Shown here: in pieces, positions 17,511 to 27,213 of the stretch
How positions within the stretch are numbered: the stretch's first letter is position 1
Layout of the letters: every line of letters begins with the position of its first letter
Source: Phycisphaerae bacterium
Lineage (GTDB): Bacteria; Planctomycetota; Phycisphaerae; FEN-1346
DNA length: 54,429 bases
Direction of reading: 5' to 3'
NCBI GenBank assembly: GCA_049678285.1
Contig: JBAUDW010000018.1
Location: 1 to 54,429 of the forward strand
The notes under the pieces: model-generated
Databases searched by the model: none
What the model saw: only the letters and a program-made list of their open reading frames with translations
Told to the model about the DNA's origin: nothing
Program-made: the position numbers and the translations under genes

Positions 17511-17576
17511 CTACTCATCCAACAGCCGCGCCAGATTGTCGCCGTAGCAGAGCGTGTTCTTCCAATCTTCCGCCAT
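17511..17576 (-). pseudogene. 21-codon stub of a DNA methyltransferase N-terminus
   Basis: GAGGGAGA RBS, then ATG: MAEDWKNTLCYGDNLARLLDE-stop. WKN.L..GDNL..L is the usual N-terminal signature of N6/N4 DNA methylases. The frame then stops, and the paralog gene follows about 95 nt later. Confidence 0.45.
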
Positions 17577-17599
17577 GGCACCCATCTCCCTCGTTATTT

Positions 17600-17857
17600 T
17601 CATTCCCTATCCGGCGGCTTCTTCGAGCCACCGACTTGCTTGCCGAGCCAATAGAGACTATACCCGCCGAGACCGATGGCCGCTCCCAGTCCGATGAACG
17701 GCCCAAGCGTGATCCCCACGGCCGTGCCCGTTAGGGCCACGCCGATACCGCCAATGATGCCATAGACTGCTGCGCCCGCCGCACCACCAACTACCCCCGC
17801 TCCCGCGCACTTCACAGCGTTCTTGGTGCCCTCTTTCATTGCCAGTGCTCCTTTCAC
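17600..17857 (-). CDS. small glycine-zipper membrane protein
   Basis: 85 aa. AGAGVVGGAAGAAVYGIIGGIGVALTGTAVGITLGPFIGLGAAIGLGGY (GxxxG repeats). ATGA overlap with the SNase stop. Confidence 0.6.
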   Translation of the reverse strand: MKGALAMKEGTKNAVKCAGAGVVGGAAGAAVYGIIGGIGVALTGTAVGITLGPFIGLGAAIGLGGYSLYWLGKQVGGSKKPPDRE

Positions 17858-18546
17858 GGTTCATGCGACACTTGGGCATTGCCCCAAAGTCCACGCTTCT
17901 CAGCCTTGGCTTCGGCTTCCGCGATCTCGAAGTCCTCGGCATACCGGCCCCGCCCGTACTTCGTCCAGAACGGCGTCAAGCCCAAGCGGACCATCTCGAC
18001 ATTGACGTTGCGGCCGTCCACGAACACATACGCCAGCAGGCGGCCGTATCGGTCCCGCTCCATCTCGCCCTGGCGCTCAAACTCCAGGACCACCGCGCGG
18101 CCCTCCACAAGGCCCCGCATGGCGACGGCCGCCGCCCCGAAACCCGGCTTGCCGCGCTCCGGCGTGTCGATGCAGAGCAGGCGGACCGGCTCGTCCCGGC
18201 CTTCGTAGCGAACGCGGATCGTGTCCCCGTCCACGATGCGGACCACCGGCCAGGCGTCCACCACGGCCCGCGGCGTGCTTGCCGGCCGGATGCGCTCAAG
18301 TTCGGCCTGTAGCCGTTCGCACTCCTCTCGCGCTCGGGCGGCCTCCTCCGTTTTCGCCCCGAGGGCTTCATGGAAGTATTCGACGGTCCCATGCAGCCTT
18401 CTGACGTTGCCCCGCTCGTTGGCCAGGTTTTGCTCATTCGCAGCGACAATGGTTCGCGCCCACCAGACCGCGACGACTACGATCCCTACTGCCAGGACCA
18501 GCAAGGCGGCCAGGACAAGCGGCAGAATCCATCGGCGGTTCTTCAT
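17854..18546 (-). CDS. membrane-anchored staphylococcal-nuclease (SNase/thermonuclease) homolog
   Basis: I prefer ATG 18546 (MKNRRWILPLVLAALLVLAVGIVVVAVWW as TM anchor). A coiled-coil segment follows, then VDGDTIRVRY...VRLLCIDTPE...DRYGRLLAYVFVDGRNVNVEMVRLG...AEAEAKAEKRGLW. Confidence 0.8.
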   Translation of the reverse strand: MKNRRWILPLVLAALLVLAVGIVVVAVWWARTIVAANEQNLANERGNVRRLHGTVEYFHEALGAKTEEAARAREECERLQAELERIRPASTPRAVVDAWPVVRIVDGDTIRVRYEGRDEPVRLLCIDTPERGKPGFGAAAVAMRGLVEGRAVVLEFERQGEMERDRYGRLLAYVFVDGRNVNVEMVRLGLTPFWTKYGRGRYAEDFEIAEAEAKAEKRGLWGNAQVSHEP

Positions 18547-19160
18547 CGGTTCCCGCTTCCCCGCGCGGCCCCATGCCCGCCGCGTTTTCGTTTCAGCGGT
18601 CGGCCCCCCCATGTTCACGAGCATAACCCCGAATCGCCTCGTCCGTCAAGCCGCACCCCCGGACCATCCCGAGCCGCGCCCGCCACATGGCGCCGACGTC
18701 ACGCGCGCGGTGGCCTCGAGCGCCGGCAAGCGCCGCACGGCCCGCCGCGTCCGCTCAGGCAAGGCGATCCCCCGGTCGGCCGGTCCAGGCGTCGGCCCCG
18801 GAGTCCTTCCCGCCACGAGCCGCCGGCCAGGGCAGCCAGGGGCCAAGAGAATCGCCAGGCCATGCCGCCCATGAAAGCAGCGAGTTACCCGGCGCTACAT
18901 GGGCCCCTCGCGCGTGCGGGCGCGGAGCGTAGTAACGTCTTATGCTATTCCATCCCCTGCATGCCTGAGCAGTACGCCTCATGCCCGGGCCAATGGCAAG
19001 ATGGGCAAGCCCCTGACGACCGAGAGAGATGCGCAAGGAGCACGCGCGGTTCGAGAAAAAGAAGCGAGTCGATCGCGCGCGCGAGCCGGTGGGATCGTCT
19101 GCGTGGTGGGCGCCGCGTTACCAGCCGTCCGGTGGGTTACGGAACCCCCCTGGCTGCTCA

Positions 19161-19454
19161 CTAAAGGCGGCAGCGGGGCCAGCGTTTCTTCTGACGCGGG
19201 CCGTGTCGTCGGCGTGGGCTTGGCTCGCGGGCGTGTGCATCACTGCGGCGGGGTGTGGAGTCGTCGTCATGGACCCAGGGGGAGGCCCCATCGAGCCTCT
19301 GGCGTGTAGCAATCACCTTGCCCGCGTCGAATTCGAGATTTTCAGTTTCAGAATTTTCGCCTTGCCGCAGGGGGCCGGTGAGGGCCGAGGCGAAGGCGGC
19401 GCGGATGCGCTTGCCGAGGCACTCAAAGCCTATGCGCTGCCACAGGGCTACCAT
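19161..19454 (-). CDS. hypothetical small protein (weak call)
   Basis: The start overlaps the metalloprotease stop (ATGGTAG). In 19381-19440 the third-position GC is about 18/20 in this frame. The C-terminal half looks low-complexity. Confidence 0.3.
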   Translation of the reverse strand: MVALWQRIGFECLGKRIRAAFASALTGPLRQGENSETENLEFDAGKVIATRQRLDGASPWVHDDDSTPRRSDAHAREPSPRRRHGPRQKKRWPRCRL

Positions 19455-20008
19455 CCGCCGCTGTCTGCCATCGACAGCCGCCGGCGACTCTCAAGCCAGT
19501 CCCAGTGTTCTCGTGCGGTCATCTTCAGCCGCCTCTCGGCCTTCCATCGGGATGTCACATCAATGCGCTCCAGGCGTGGCCTCGGTCTGAGACAGTCGCC
19601 TACGTTCATCCAGACCCACTCCCACGCAGCGTACCGTTCCGGAGCGATCTTCCGTTCGCGCACCCAGAACTCGGGCGGATGGTTCGTCATGCGGTTGTTC
19701 ACGGCGCGGGCTGGGATCACCAGGTGCAACAGTTCGTGCTTGCAGATGGCCGACATCACTTCGGCGGGCGTCTCCGAGAGGTTCAGCACCTCGTGGACGT
19801 AGATCGTGGCGGCCGTCTCGCCAGGACAGATGCATGCGAGCGGACCTCGCCTCACGAAGTAGAACTTAAGACTGTGACGCTCCTCAGGGAAGAGATCCTG
19901 CCGCACTCGCTCCAGAAGTTCCGGGATCGACACGCGAACGAAGCAAAGACGCGGCTCTACCCGAGCCAATCGTTGTGCCTTCATCAGCCGCAGGTCATCG
20001 ATGATCAT
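19448..20008 (-). CDS. zinc metallopeptidase, DUF45/YgjP- or SprT-like (HExxH)
   Basis: AICKHELLHLVIPARAVNNRMTNHPPEFW contains HELLH plus a downstream H...F-W, as in YgjP-type peptidases that often sit next to R-M genes. Confidence 0.65.
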   Translation of the reverse strand: MIIDDLRLMKAQRLARVEPRLCFVRVSIPELLERVRQDLFPEERHSLKFYFVRRGPLACICPGETAATIYVHEVLNLSETPAEVMSAICKHELLHLVIPARAVNNRMTNHPPEFWVRERKIAPERYAAWEWVWMNVGDCLRPRPRLERIDVTSRWKAERRLKMTAREHWDWLESRRRLSMADSGGW

Positions 20009-20343
20009 AACCGTCCCTACCCCATATAGCTGGGGCCCTGGGTATCAGAGCATCAAGTTCCGGCCGCTCCATTCGTCATCCCTTCTTCTGCCCAAACAAC
20101 GGCCCGACGTGACCGCATGGGGCTGGCCACGCCCGCCCGTCGGCCGCCAATTCTAACGCAGCGAAGTTTACTTGTCGAGCCGCAGCGCCCGGATCTTGGG
20201 TTGCCTCTGGCCTGTGCGGCAGGACGCGTCTTCTGCAATGCGACGACTGCGCCAGCGTTAGTGGAAGGAGCACTGGCCGCGAAAGAGTAGTTACTCTCTC
20301 CAGTTCAGATGCTGGCTGTGACCAGGACGAAGCCCGCTGTTAC

Positions 20344-21738
20344 TCACCCGTAGTGCGTACCGACGAGGAAGCCAGCCCGACCGTGGCAAGGATACCCGTT
20401 CTTGTCCTTGTGCGGTTTGAGTACCATGCTCATCTTGGTTCGGCGGAACGTTTTCTGGCACCAGGAACACTGGATGACGTAGATGATGCCAGTCCTCGCG
20501 GGACGGCCAGCATGTCGCCGAGGCGCCGAACGTGGGTTTGTTGTGGTTGGGGCTGCGTGGATCGGCCCCGAACTGGAGAACTCGATCTTGTAGGCAGGTG
20601 CAAAGGGCCGCGTGGTCACCTCGATGCTCTGAACTCGGTCGATGCGGTACGCTCGTGGCTCGCGCGTAACGACCTTGATGGCGTGCAAGATCAGATTCCC
20701 GTCCTGTGTGCGGCGAAGCGAATAAGGCTCGACTAAACGCTTTGACCCGCCGTAGCCAAGGTTGATGCAAAGATGGTTGGCCGCCGCAAACCTCATTGTT
20801 TCCAGAGGAATGCCCTTGCCCCATGCGTAGATCGTTGGTGGAGGCGACCAGACTCCCGCGGGTTCCTCACCGGCACCTGCCGGGACTGTCTGGAGTTGAG
20901 GCGCAGCGCCAGTGCTTTCCAGCCAGTTGAACAAGGCTGGCAGTTCGGCCCAGAAGGAATCAAACGGGGGCAAGACGGGCAACTGGTGGACCAGCATATT
21001 GGCCCACTCCGATTCAAGTTCGACGCGGACGGGCGACGCTTCAATCACCGCGAATGTCGGGACGGGAATCCCCTTCGCCTGGCACTTCTCGACGAGAATG
21101 GCGCGAATGAGTCTCGGCTCGGCCTGAAGATCGGCGCGTCGGAATAAGTTGATGATGTCGTAGAGGTCACGCGGCCGGCTGCGTTCCCCCATCGCACGTA
21201 TCTTCTCCGCAAACAACTCGTCGAAGGAGTAGCATCTCACCGTCGCGGGCGCCGGCAGGTCGTCCGGGTATGCGTGAGCGATGGGCCGCCGCACCGTCGG
21301 ACGGACGACCTTCTCCGAAGCGCTGAGGTCGAGTCTGATGCTGGCGACTTGGGGAGCGTTGCGGGGACCTTGGTAGTAGATGCGCCCCTCCGTATAAAGG
21401 CCTGACGGATGTGTCTTCAGGACGAAAGGGCGGCCGGAGAAGTTCACGCCCGATTCCTCCGCGACCTTCGCCAAGACTTCGCGGATGATCGGCTCCAGTT
21501 CCCCCTGCCGCACCGGTCCGTCCGGCAGGACGGTGAAGTCCAGGTCCTCGGAGAACCGGTATGTCTCAATGTAGCACTTCTTCAGACAGGTGCCACCCTT
21601 GAACGCCCACGACACAGAGAGCTTGGGGTGTACGCCTATCCCCCAAAGCACCCAACCGAGGACATAGTCCTTCTCAACCACATCTTCGCGGAGTCCCCAT
21701 TCGCGGACGCGCTCCTCCAAGACGAACTTGGAGATCAC
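20344..21738 (-). CDS. abiEii: AbiEii-type nucleotidyltransferase toxin with C-terminal WYL-like domain and Zn-ribbon
   Basis: I prefer GTG 21738, with GGGAAGGGAA upstream and a GTGA overlap with the abiEi stop. The N-domain has EKDYVLGWVLWGI...FKGGTCLKKCY...RFSEDLDF. The C-extension has SKRLVEPYSLRRTQDGNLILHAIKVVTREPRAYRIDRVQSIEVT (WYL-like) and CSWCQKTF...YPCHG. Confidence 0.75.
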   Translation of the reverse strand: MISKFVLEERVREWGLREDVVEKDYVLGWVLWGIGVHPKLSVSWAFKGGTCLKKCYIETYRFSEDLDFTVLPDGPVRQGELEPIIREVLAKVAEESGVNFSGRPFVLKTHPSGLYTEGRIYYQGPRNAPQVASIRLDLSASEKVVRPTVRRPIAHAYPDDLPAPATVRCYSFDELFAEKIRAMGERSRPRDLYDIINLFRRADLQAEPRLIRAILVEKCQAKGIPVPTFAVIEASPVRVELESEWANMLVHQLPVLPPFDSFWAELPALFNWLESTGAAPQLQTVPAGAGEEPAGVWSPPPTIYAWGKGIPLETMRFAAANHLCINLGYGGSKRLVEPYSLRRTQDGNLILHAIKVVTREPRAYRIDRVQSIEVTTRPFAPAYKIEFSSSGPIHAAPTTTNPRSAPRRHAGRPARTGIIYVIQCSWCQKTFRRTKMSMVLKPHKDKNGYPCHGRAGFLVGTHYG

Positions 21739-22556
21739 GAGAGGTTCCCTTCCCTGCCAATGTCCACGTTGACACGGAGATTCCAGCGCTTCACGACGCG
21801 GCCAGGTTGCCTCACCGACGGGTCGAGCTGCGAAAGGCCAGCGCTCTTTCGCTGGACACAACGTGATAGGAGTTCAGGCACGTCCAGTTTGAGCACTTCG
21901 ATCAGATAGCCGAGGCGTTTGAACACGGCTCGATTCCCAAGCCGATCACCGTATTCGACAAGTCGGGCCTCGTCGCAGTGCTCGCTGTCGAAATAACTTC
22001 GCAAGATCTCGGCCACGTTCCGAATCCCGCCACCCAGCCGAGAGTCGTCGAGCATGTCCACAATCGTCCTGGTTGGATCGGAAACCAGCGCTTTTGTCTG
22101 TCCACGCCAGACTGCGTGAAGAGCGAAGTGCCTCGAAGCGTCCATGTGCCTCAAGAGAAACGGCGTGCCTTGAATGGTAACGGACCTCCTGCGTATAGGA
22201 GATGCGGTGACCACAACAACATCGCGGAAGATTTGCTCGGTCAAGTGCCAGTACTCACCGGCACTCCACCCCCCGATGTAGCATGGCGCGAACACTGTCG
22301 TAGCCACGACCCACGGGTCCTCGCGCCATTGCGTTGGGGCTGTCGCACCCAGCGGCACAGGGACATAAAGCCCGCGCCTGACGCGGGCAAGCCAACCGCG
22401 CGCGGCGAGGTAGGCCAAGAGGCGACGACATCTTGGCACGTCGATTGAGAGAATGCTGGCTGCCGAAGCCGCATCAACAGGCCCTCTGGCGTTGCGGTGG
22501 AGCCTCTCCAGCAGTCCCCGGTTTCTCTCGTTGATTCCCGTCCGTTCCAGTGGCAT
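21735..22556 (-). CDS. abiEi: AbiEi-type antitoxin / transcriptional regulator
   Basis: 273 aa. N-terminal wHTH LLERLHRNARGPVDAASAASILSIDVPRCRRLLAYLAARGWLARVRRGLY. The rest matches the AbiEi_4-like layout. Sits directly upstream of abiEii. Confidence 0.75.
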   Translation of the reverse strand: MPLERTGINERNRGLLERLHRNARGPVDAASAASILSIDVPRCRRLLAYLAARGWLARVRRGLYVPVPLGATAPTQWREDPWVVATTVFAPCYIGGWSAGEYWHLTEQIFRDVVVVTASPIRRRSVTIQGTPFLLRHMDASRHFALHAVWRGQTKALVSDPTRTIVDMLDDSRLGGGIRNVAEILRSYFDSEHCDEARLVEYGDRLGNRAVFKRLGYLIEVLKLDVPELLSRCVQRKSAGLSQLDPSVRQPGRVVKRWNLRVNVDIGREGNLS

Positions 22557-22636
22557 GGTATATTGCTCCTACCGGATATTCCACCTCATCAGCAATCCGG
22601 CGGTAGCAATATACCCGGCGTGACGACCTGGGTCAA
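22557..22636 (-). promoter_or_regulatory. abiE promoter with overlapping inverted-repeat operator
   Basis: On the minus strand: TTGACC (22636-22631), 17 nt, TATATT (22613-22608). The inverted repeat is GGTATATTGCT-N4-CCGGAT at 22557-22577 against its complement at 22595-22615 (17/21). One arm covers the -10 box and the other covers the AGGAG RBS. Confidence 0.5.
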
Positions 22637-22724
22637 CTTATTTCACACCGGTCCTTTGCTGGGCGCTATTGGTGATCTCCCGGATGCCGCGAGGCGAGTC
22701 GGCCCTCAGGCAACCTTCGGAAGG

Positions 22725-23216
22725 TCATCGTCGCCTCCTCCGGCCTCTGGCCCCGCTCTTGGTTTCCGGCTGCACTTCCGCGGCCTTCGCGGCAAGGATT
22801 CTCGCCACCTCCCGCCTGCCGAGTTTCCGCAGGGCGACCAAGGCTTCCCGGTTGTGGCCTTCGGGCTTGGCCTTCCCGTACTCCCAGGAACCCACCGCAC
22901 TGCCCGACACGCCGACGAGCATGGCCAGTTCGCCTTGGGTGATGCCGAGCCGCTTGCGGAGTTTCTTGACGAGCAGGGGCGAGAGGTGCGCCACCTTCAC
23001 CTCTTCCGGGGCGGCGGCCAGCCTGGCCCGTTCCGCCGTCCGCTGGACCTGCAATTCGGCCCTGAGTCTGGCCAGGACCGCGACCGTCTTTCGCAGGGCC
23101 GACACGGTTCGCTTCAGGCGGCGAACGTCGTGCGCAAGCGGCAGGTAGGTCGCCCGCACCTGCTTCTTGGCAAGCCGCGTGATCTCAGACTTGAGCATCT
23201 GCTCCATCTTGCTCAT
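22725..23216 (-). CDS. XRE-family HTH protein with N-terminal coiled coil
   Basis: LRKRLGITQGELAMLVGVSGSAVGSWEYGKAKP is a classic Cro/C1 HTH. The N-terminal ~80 aa are helical and charged. Confidence 0.7.
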   Translation of the reverse strand: MSKMEQMLKSEITRLAKKQVRATYLPLAHDVRRLKRTVSALRKTVAVLARLRAELQVQRTAERARLAAAPEEVKVAHLSPLLVKKLRKRLGITQGELAMLVGVSGSAVGSWEYGKAKPEGHNREALVALRKLGRREVARILAAKAAEVQPETKSGARGRRRRR

Positions 23217-23316
23217 CAGGTTCCTCCTCGAAGCCAGTGATAGCCTCGCCTATAATATCGACATCCCCACATCAATTGTAGCCTTGACTTCTCGTGTCAT
23301 ACGTCCATCAAAGCGT

Positions 23317-24099
23317 TCATGGGCGGTCGAACCGCACATCACCGCGACCAGGCAAATGCCGGGCACACTCGCGATTGATCGCCTCGTAGGCCTCGACGAG
23401 CTGGTTGTAGTCCGCACAGAACTGCTTCCATCTCTTGCGTAGTTCAGTGTTGGGTTGCGGCTCGCAGTGAATGCCATCGTCGGTGTCGTCTCGCGCAGGT
23501 ATGTGCTTCTCGCAGGCTTTCACCAACTCCTCAAGTTCCCGGAGGATGAACTGCAATTGCAGAAGAAGGTGCTCCGCTGCCTTAGGGGTAACATTCGAGC
23601 AAACAACCTCAAGTTCTCCTGACATGAAAGAACTCCACTTTCCAAGCAGGCTGAGCAGACCTGCGGTCGAATGGATTGCCTCGAATCGAGCGGCGTCGCT
23701 GGCCAAGCCATCAACGACGGCGGGAAGCGAGTTCTGATAGCCGGTGCGCTCCACGATCCCGTGTAGACGGCCCATGAATGGAGCAAGACCCCGCAGGCAC
23801 TCGCGCAGGGCGTTCTTTGTACGATAGGCCTGCAACGCGGCTCTGCCTCTGGCGGTCAGCCACCTCCACGGCAGGGCTCCGGCCAAACATAGTGCTAGCA
23901 AGCAGAGGACAACTATAAGCAGATAGCGAATCCAGGAAGGACCCGTGGAAGTGCTCCAGCCGACCAAGGCGGCCAGGGCAGCTGAGATGAGACCCGCCCC
24001 CGTGCGTATGGCCTCAAGCCAGGCCCGTCTGCTATCGCCGGCATCGCGGTCGTGTGTAGATGGTGTGCTCACTTGACGTGCCCTTTCGTCCCTCTCCAC
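23317..24099 (-). CDS. hypothetical 2-TM membrane protein, last gene of the hsd transcription unit
   Basis: GTG start 30 nt after the hsdR stop, with GAGGG upstream. TM helices AGLISAALAALVGW and YLLIVVLCLLALCLAGAL, then a helical cytoplasmic domain. Confidence 0.55.
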   Translation of the reverse strand: MERDERARQVSTPSTHDRDAGDSRRAWLEAIRTGAGLISAALAALVGWSTSTGPSWIRYLLIVVLCLLALCLAGALPWRWLTARGRAALQAYRTKNALRECLRGLAPFMGRLHGIVERTGYQNSLPAVVDGLASDAARFEAIHSTAGLLSLLGKWSSFMSGELEVVCSNVTPKAAEHLLLQLQFILRELEELVKACEKHIPARDDTDDGIHCEPQPNTELRKRWKQFCADYNQLVEAYEAINRECARHLPGRGDVRFDRP

Positions 24100-24129
24100 T
24101 CGCCCTCTTTCGTTGCCAGCCTCTGCGCA

Positions 24130-27100
24130 CTACGCGGCAATGTCGGAGCACAGGACTTCTGCCTGTTCGAGAACCGTCTGCGTGGCTTTCTCCTGCTTGT
24201 CCGGTGGATAGCCGTATTTACGCAGGACACGCTTCACCATCGCCCGGAGTTTGGCCCGGACGCTCTCCTTAACCGTCCAGTCGATGGTCACATTCCGCCG
24301 GACCGTCTCGACCAGTTCCTGGGCGATCTTGCGGAGCGTCTCGTCGCCGAGGACTTTAACCGCACTATCGTTTACCTCCAGCGCGTCGTAGAAAGCCACC
24401 TCGTCCTCGCGCAGCCCCAGGCGCTCCCCGCGATTGTGGGCCTCCCGCATCTCCCTCGCCAGGTCGATGAGTTCCTGGATCACGGCCGCAGCCTCGATGG
24501 TGCGGTTCTGGTAGGCCCGAATCGTCCGCTCTAACATCTCGGCAAACGACCGCGCCTGGACGACGTTCTTCCGCCGGGACACCTTGACCTCGTCGCTGAG
24601 CAGCCGCCGCAGAAGCTCGATCGCTAAGTTCTTGTGCGGAAGATTCCGCACCTCTGCCAAAAACTCATCGGACAGGATGGAGATGTCGGGCTTGTTGAGG
24701 CCCGCCGCCGAGAAGATGTCGATCACTTTGTCCGAAGCCACGGCGCGCGAGACGATCTGCCGGATGGCGTGGTCCAGTTGCTCCTCGTCGCGAGGCCCGC
24801 CCCCGCCGTCGCCGCTGATCTTCACAAGAGCGGCGCGCACGGCCTGGAAGAAGGCCACGTCGTCGCGGATGCGTATGGCCTCCAGGTGCGGCACAGCGAG
24901 GGCAAACGCCTTCGAAAGGTCGCCGGCGGCCCGCACCAGCCGCTCGCGCCCGTTCTCCTGGGCCAAGATGTGTTCCTGTGCCACGGGCAGGACCGCGATC
25001 CGCTGCTCCGGCGTACCCGTTTTGAACAGGGACCAGTCGAACCCGTGGAAGAGGTCGCAACAGATTTCGTACTTTTCAAGCATAACGGCAACGGCCTCCT
25101 CCTGGTCGAGTGCTGTCTTGCCTTTGCCGCCGCTCTGGGTGTAGTTGGCCATCGCCTCTTGAAGTTGGGTCGCCAACCCGAGGTAATCCACCACCAACCC
25201 GCCCGGCTTGTCGCGGAAGACGCGGTTCACCCTGGCGATGGCCTGCATCAGGGTGTGTCCTCTCATGGGCTTGTCCACGTACATCGTGTGGAGGCATGGC
25301 ACATCGAAGCCCGTCAGCCACATGTCCCGCACAAGGACTATCCGCAACGGGTCGTTCGGGTCTTTGAACCGATTCGCCAATGCCTCGCGACGAGACTTGT
25401 TGCGGATGTGTTGTTGCCACTCGACCGGATCCGTCGCCGAGCCGGTCATGACAACCTTGATTCCGCCGCGTTCATCCTCGCCGGCGTGCCAATGGGGCCG
25501 CAGCCTCACGAGAGCATCGTAAAGGTCCACGCAGATGCGCCGGCTCATGCAGACCACCAGGGCTTTGCCCTCCATCGCCTCCAGACGCGCCTCGAAGTGG
25601 TCCAGAATGTCCTTGGCCACGAGGCCGACGCGCTTCTGTGCGCCGACCATCGCCTCCAGGCGCGCCCACTTCGTCTTGAGCCGTTCCTTCCGCTCGACTT
25701 CCTCCCCCTCGGTCGCCTCTTCGAAGTCGGGGTCAATCTTCGGCCGCTCCTCGTCTTTGAGTTCGAGTTTCGCCAGGCGGCCTTCATAGTAGATCGGGAC
25801 CGTCGCGCCGTCCTCGACGGCCTGCTGGATGTCGTAGATGCTGATGTAATCGCCGAAGACCGCCTGCGTGTTCTTGTCAGCCAGTTCAATCGGCGTCCCC
25901 GTGAACCCGATGAACGAGGCGTGGGGCAAGGCATCCCGCATGTGCCGAGCGTAGCCGTCGATGAAGTCGTACTGGCTCCGATGGGCCTCGTCGGCAATCA
26001 CGATCACGTTCCGGCGCTCGGAAAGCACCGGGTGGTGGTCGCCCTTCTCCTCGGGGAAAAACTTCTGGATCGTCGTGAACACGATACCGCCGGACGCCAC
26101 ATTCAGGAGTTCCCGAAGATGTGCCCGGCTCTCGGCCTGCACGGGACGCTGCCGGAGGAGTTCGCTTGAGCGGGAGAACGTCCCGAACAGTTGATCGTCC
26201 AGGTCGTTCCGGTCGGTGAGCACAACCAGCGTCGGGTTCTCCATTGCCGGGTGCAGGACGATCTTCCCGGCGAAGAACACCATCGTCAGGCTCTTGCCCG
26301 ACCCCTGCGTATGCCAGACGACGCCGCAGCGCCGGCCCCCATCTGGCCGACTTGCCTCCACCGTCGTGTCCACAGCCTTTCGGACCGCATGGAATTGGTG
26401 GTAGCCCGCGATCTTCTTAGCGACCCTCTCCCGCTCATCCTCAAAGAGCACGAAGTGCCGCACGTACTCCAGCAGACGGTGCTTCTCCAGAAGGCCTGCT
26501 AGGAGAACCTGGAGTTGCGGCATGGCCACCGGCGCCACCTTCTCGCCTTCGACCGTTCGCCATGGCATGAACCATTCGCGGTCGGCCGTCAGCGACCCAA
26601 GCCGCGCCTCCAGAGCGTCAGAGACTACCAGCACCTCGTTGTAAGCGAAGAGCGACGGGATTTCGGCCTTGTACGTCTGGAGTTGCTTGAAGGCCGTCCA
26701 AATGGTGGCCGTCTCGTCGGCAGGGTTCTTGAGTTCGATCACCACGAGAGGCAGGCCGTTGACGAACACGACGACGTCCGGCCGCCGTGTATGCCGGTCC
26801 TCGGTCACCGTGAACTGGTTGACTGCCAAGAAGTCGTCATTCCCGGGTTCGTCGAAGTCGAAGAGCCACACCTTGTCCCCGACCACGCGGCCATCCTCGC
26901 CTCGGTATTCCACGTCCACGCCGTCGGTCAGCATCTTGTGAAACGCTCGGTTCGTAGCCACGAGGGACGGACCATGCACCCGCGTCACCTTCCGCAGCGC
27001 ATCCTCCTTGCCCTCGGCCGGGACGTTCGGGTTCAGCCTGTCAATGGCCGCACGCAGCCGGTCGGCGAGGACCACTTCGTCATAGCCCTCCCGCTCTGCG

Positions 27101-27213
27101 TGAAGTTCCCCCGGCGCGATGTCCGGCCCAGGCAGGACCGTGTATCCCATCTGGGCCAGCCAGCCGAGGGCCGCTTCTTCGACAACCGATTCTGTGACGC
27201 CGACCACCGTCAT
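24130..27213 (-). CDS. hsdR: Type I restriction enzyme R subunit
   Basis: 1027 aa. [20 protein letters not shown] (Walker A), [12 protein letters not shown] (DEAH). Helicase C-terminal motifs TGFDVP and QAIARVNR. Confidence 0.95.
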   Translation of the reverse strand: MTVVGVTESVVEEAALGWLAQMGYTVLPGPDIAPGELHAEREGYDEVVLADRLRAAIDRLNPNVPAEGKEDALRKVTRVHGPSLVATNRAFHKMLTDGVDVEYRGEDGRVVGDKVWLFDFDEPGNDDFLAVNQFTVTEDRHTRRPDVVVFVNGLPLVVIELKNPADETATIWTAFKQLQTYKAEIPSLFAYNEVLVVSDALEARLGSLTADREWFMPWRTVEGEKVAPVAMPQLQVLLAGLLEKHRLLEYVRHFVLFEDERERVAKKIAGYHQFHAVRKAVDTTVEASRPDGGRRCGVVWHTQGSGKSLTMVFFAGKIVLHPAMENPTLVVLTDRNDLDDQLFGTFSRSSELLRQRPVQAESRAHLRELLNVASGGIVFTTIQKFFPEEKGDHHPVLSERRNVIVIADEAHRSQYDFIDGYARHMRDALPHASFIGFTGTPIELADKNTQAVFGDYISIYDIQQAVEDGATVPIYYEGRLAKLELKDEERPKIDPDFEEATEGEEVERKERLKTKWARLEAMVGAQKRVGLVAKDILDHFEARLEAMEGKALVVCMSRRICVDLYDALVRLRPHWHAGEDERGGIKVVMTGSATDPVEWQQHIRNKSRREALANRFKDPNDPLRIVLVRDMWLTGFDVPCLHTMYVDKPMRGHTLMQAIARVNRVFRDKPGGLVVDYLGLATQLQEAMANYTQSGGKGKTALDQEEAVAVMLEKYEICCDLFHGFDWSLFKTGTPEQRIAVLPVAQEHILAQENGRERLVRAAGDLSKAFALAVPHLEAIRIRDDVAFFQAVRAALVKISGDGGGGPRDEEQLDHAIRQIVSRAVASDKVIDIFSAAGLNKPDISILSDEFLAEVRNLPHKNLAIELLRRLLSDEVKVSRRKNVVQARSFAEMLERTIRAYQNRTIEAAAVIQELIDLAREMREAHNRGERLGLREDEVAFYDALEVNDSAVKVLGDETLRKIAQELVETVRRNVTIDWTVKESVRAKLRAMVKRVLRKYGYPPDKQEKATQTVLEQAEVLCSDIAA

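Noticed and set aside
19029-19802. 257-aa plus-strand ORF containing a lipoprotein-like stretch (AWAWLAGVCITAAGCG)
   Set aside because: It would overlap the convergent HELLH peptidase gene by about 350 nt. Codon-position GC in 19381-19440 favours the minus frame. It is probably an antisense or relic frame. The region 18625-19160 is left uncalled.
24634-26169. 511-aa plus-strand ORF
   Set aside because: It lies entirely antisense to hsdR, which has unambiguous helicase motifs. This is a typical high-GC antisense open frame.
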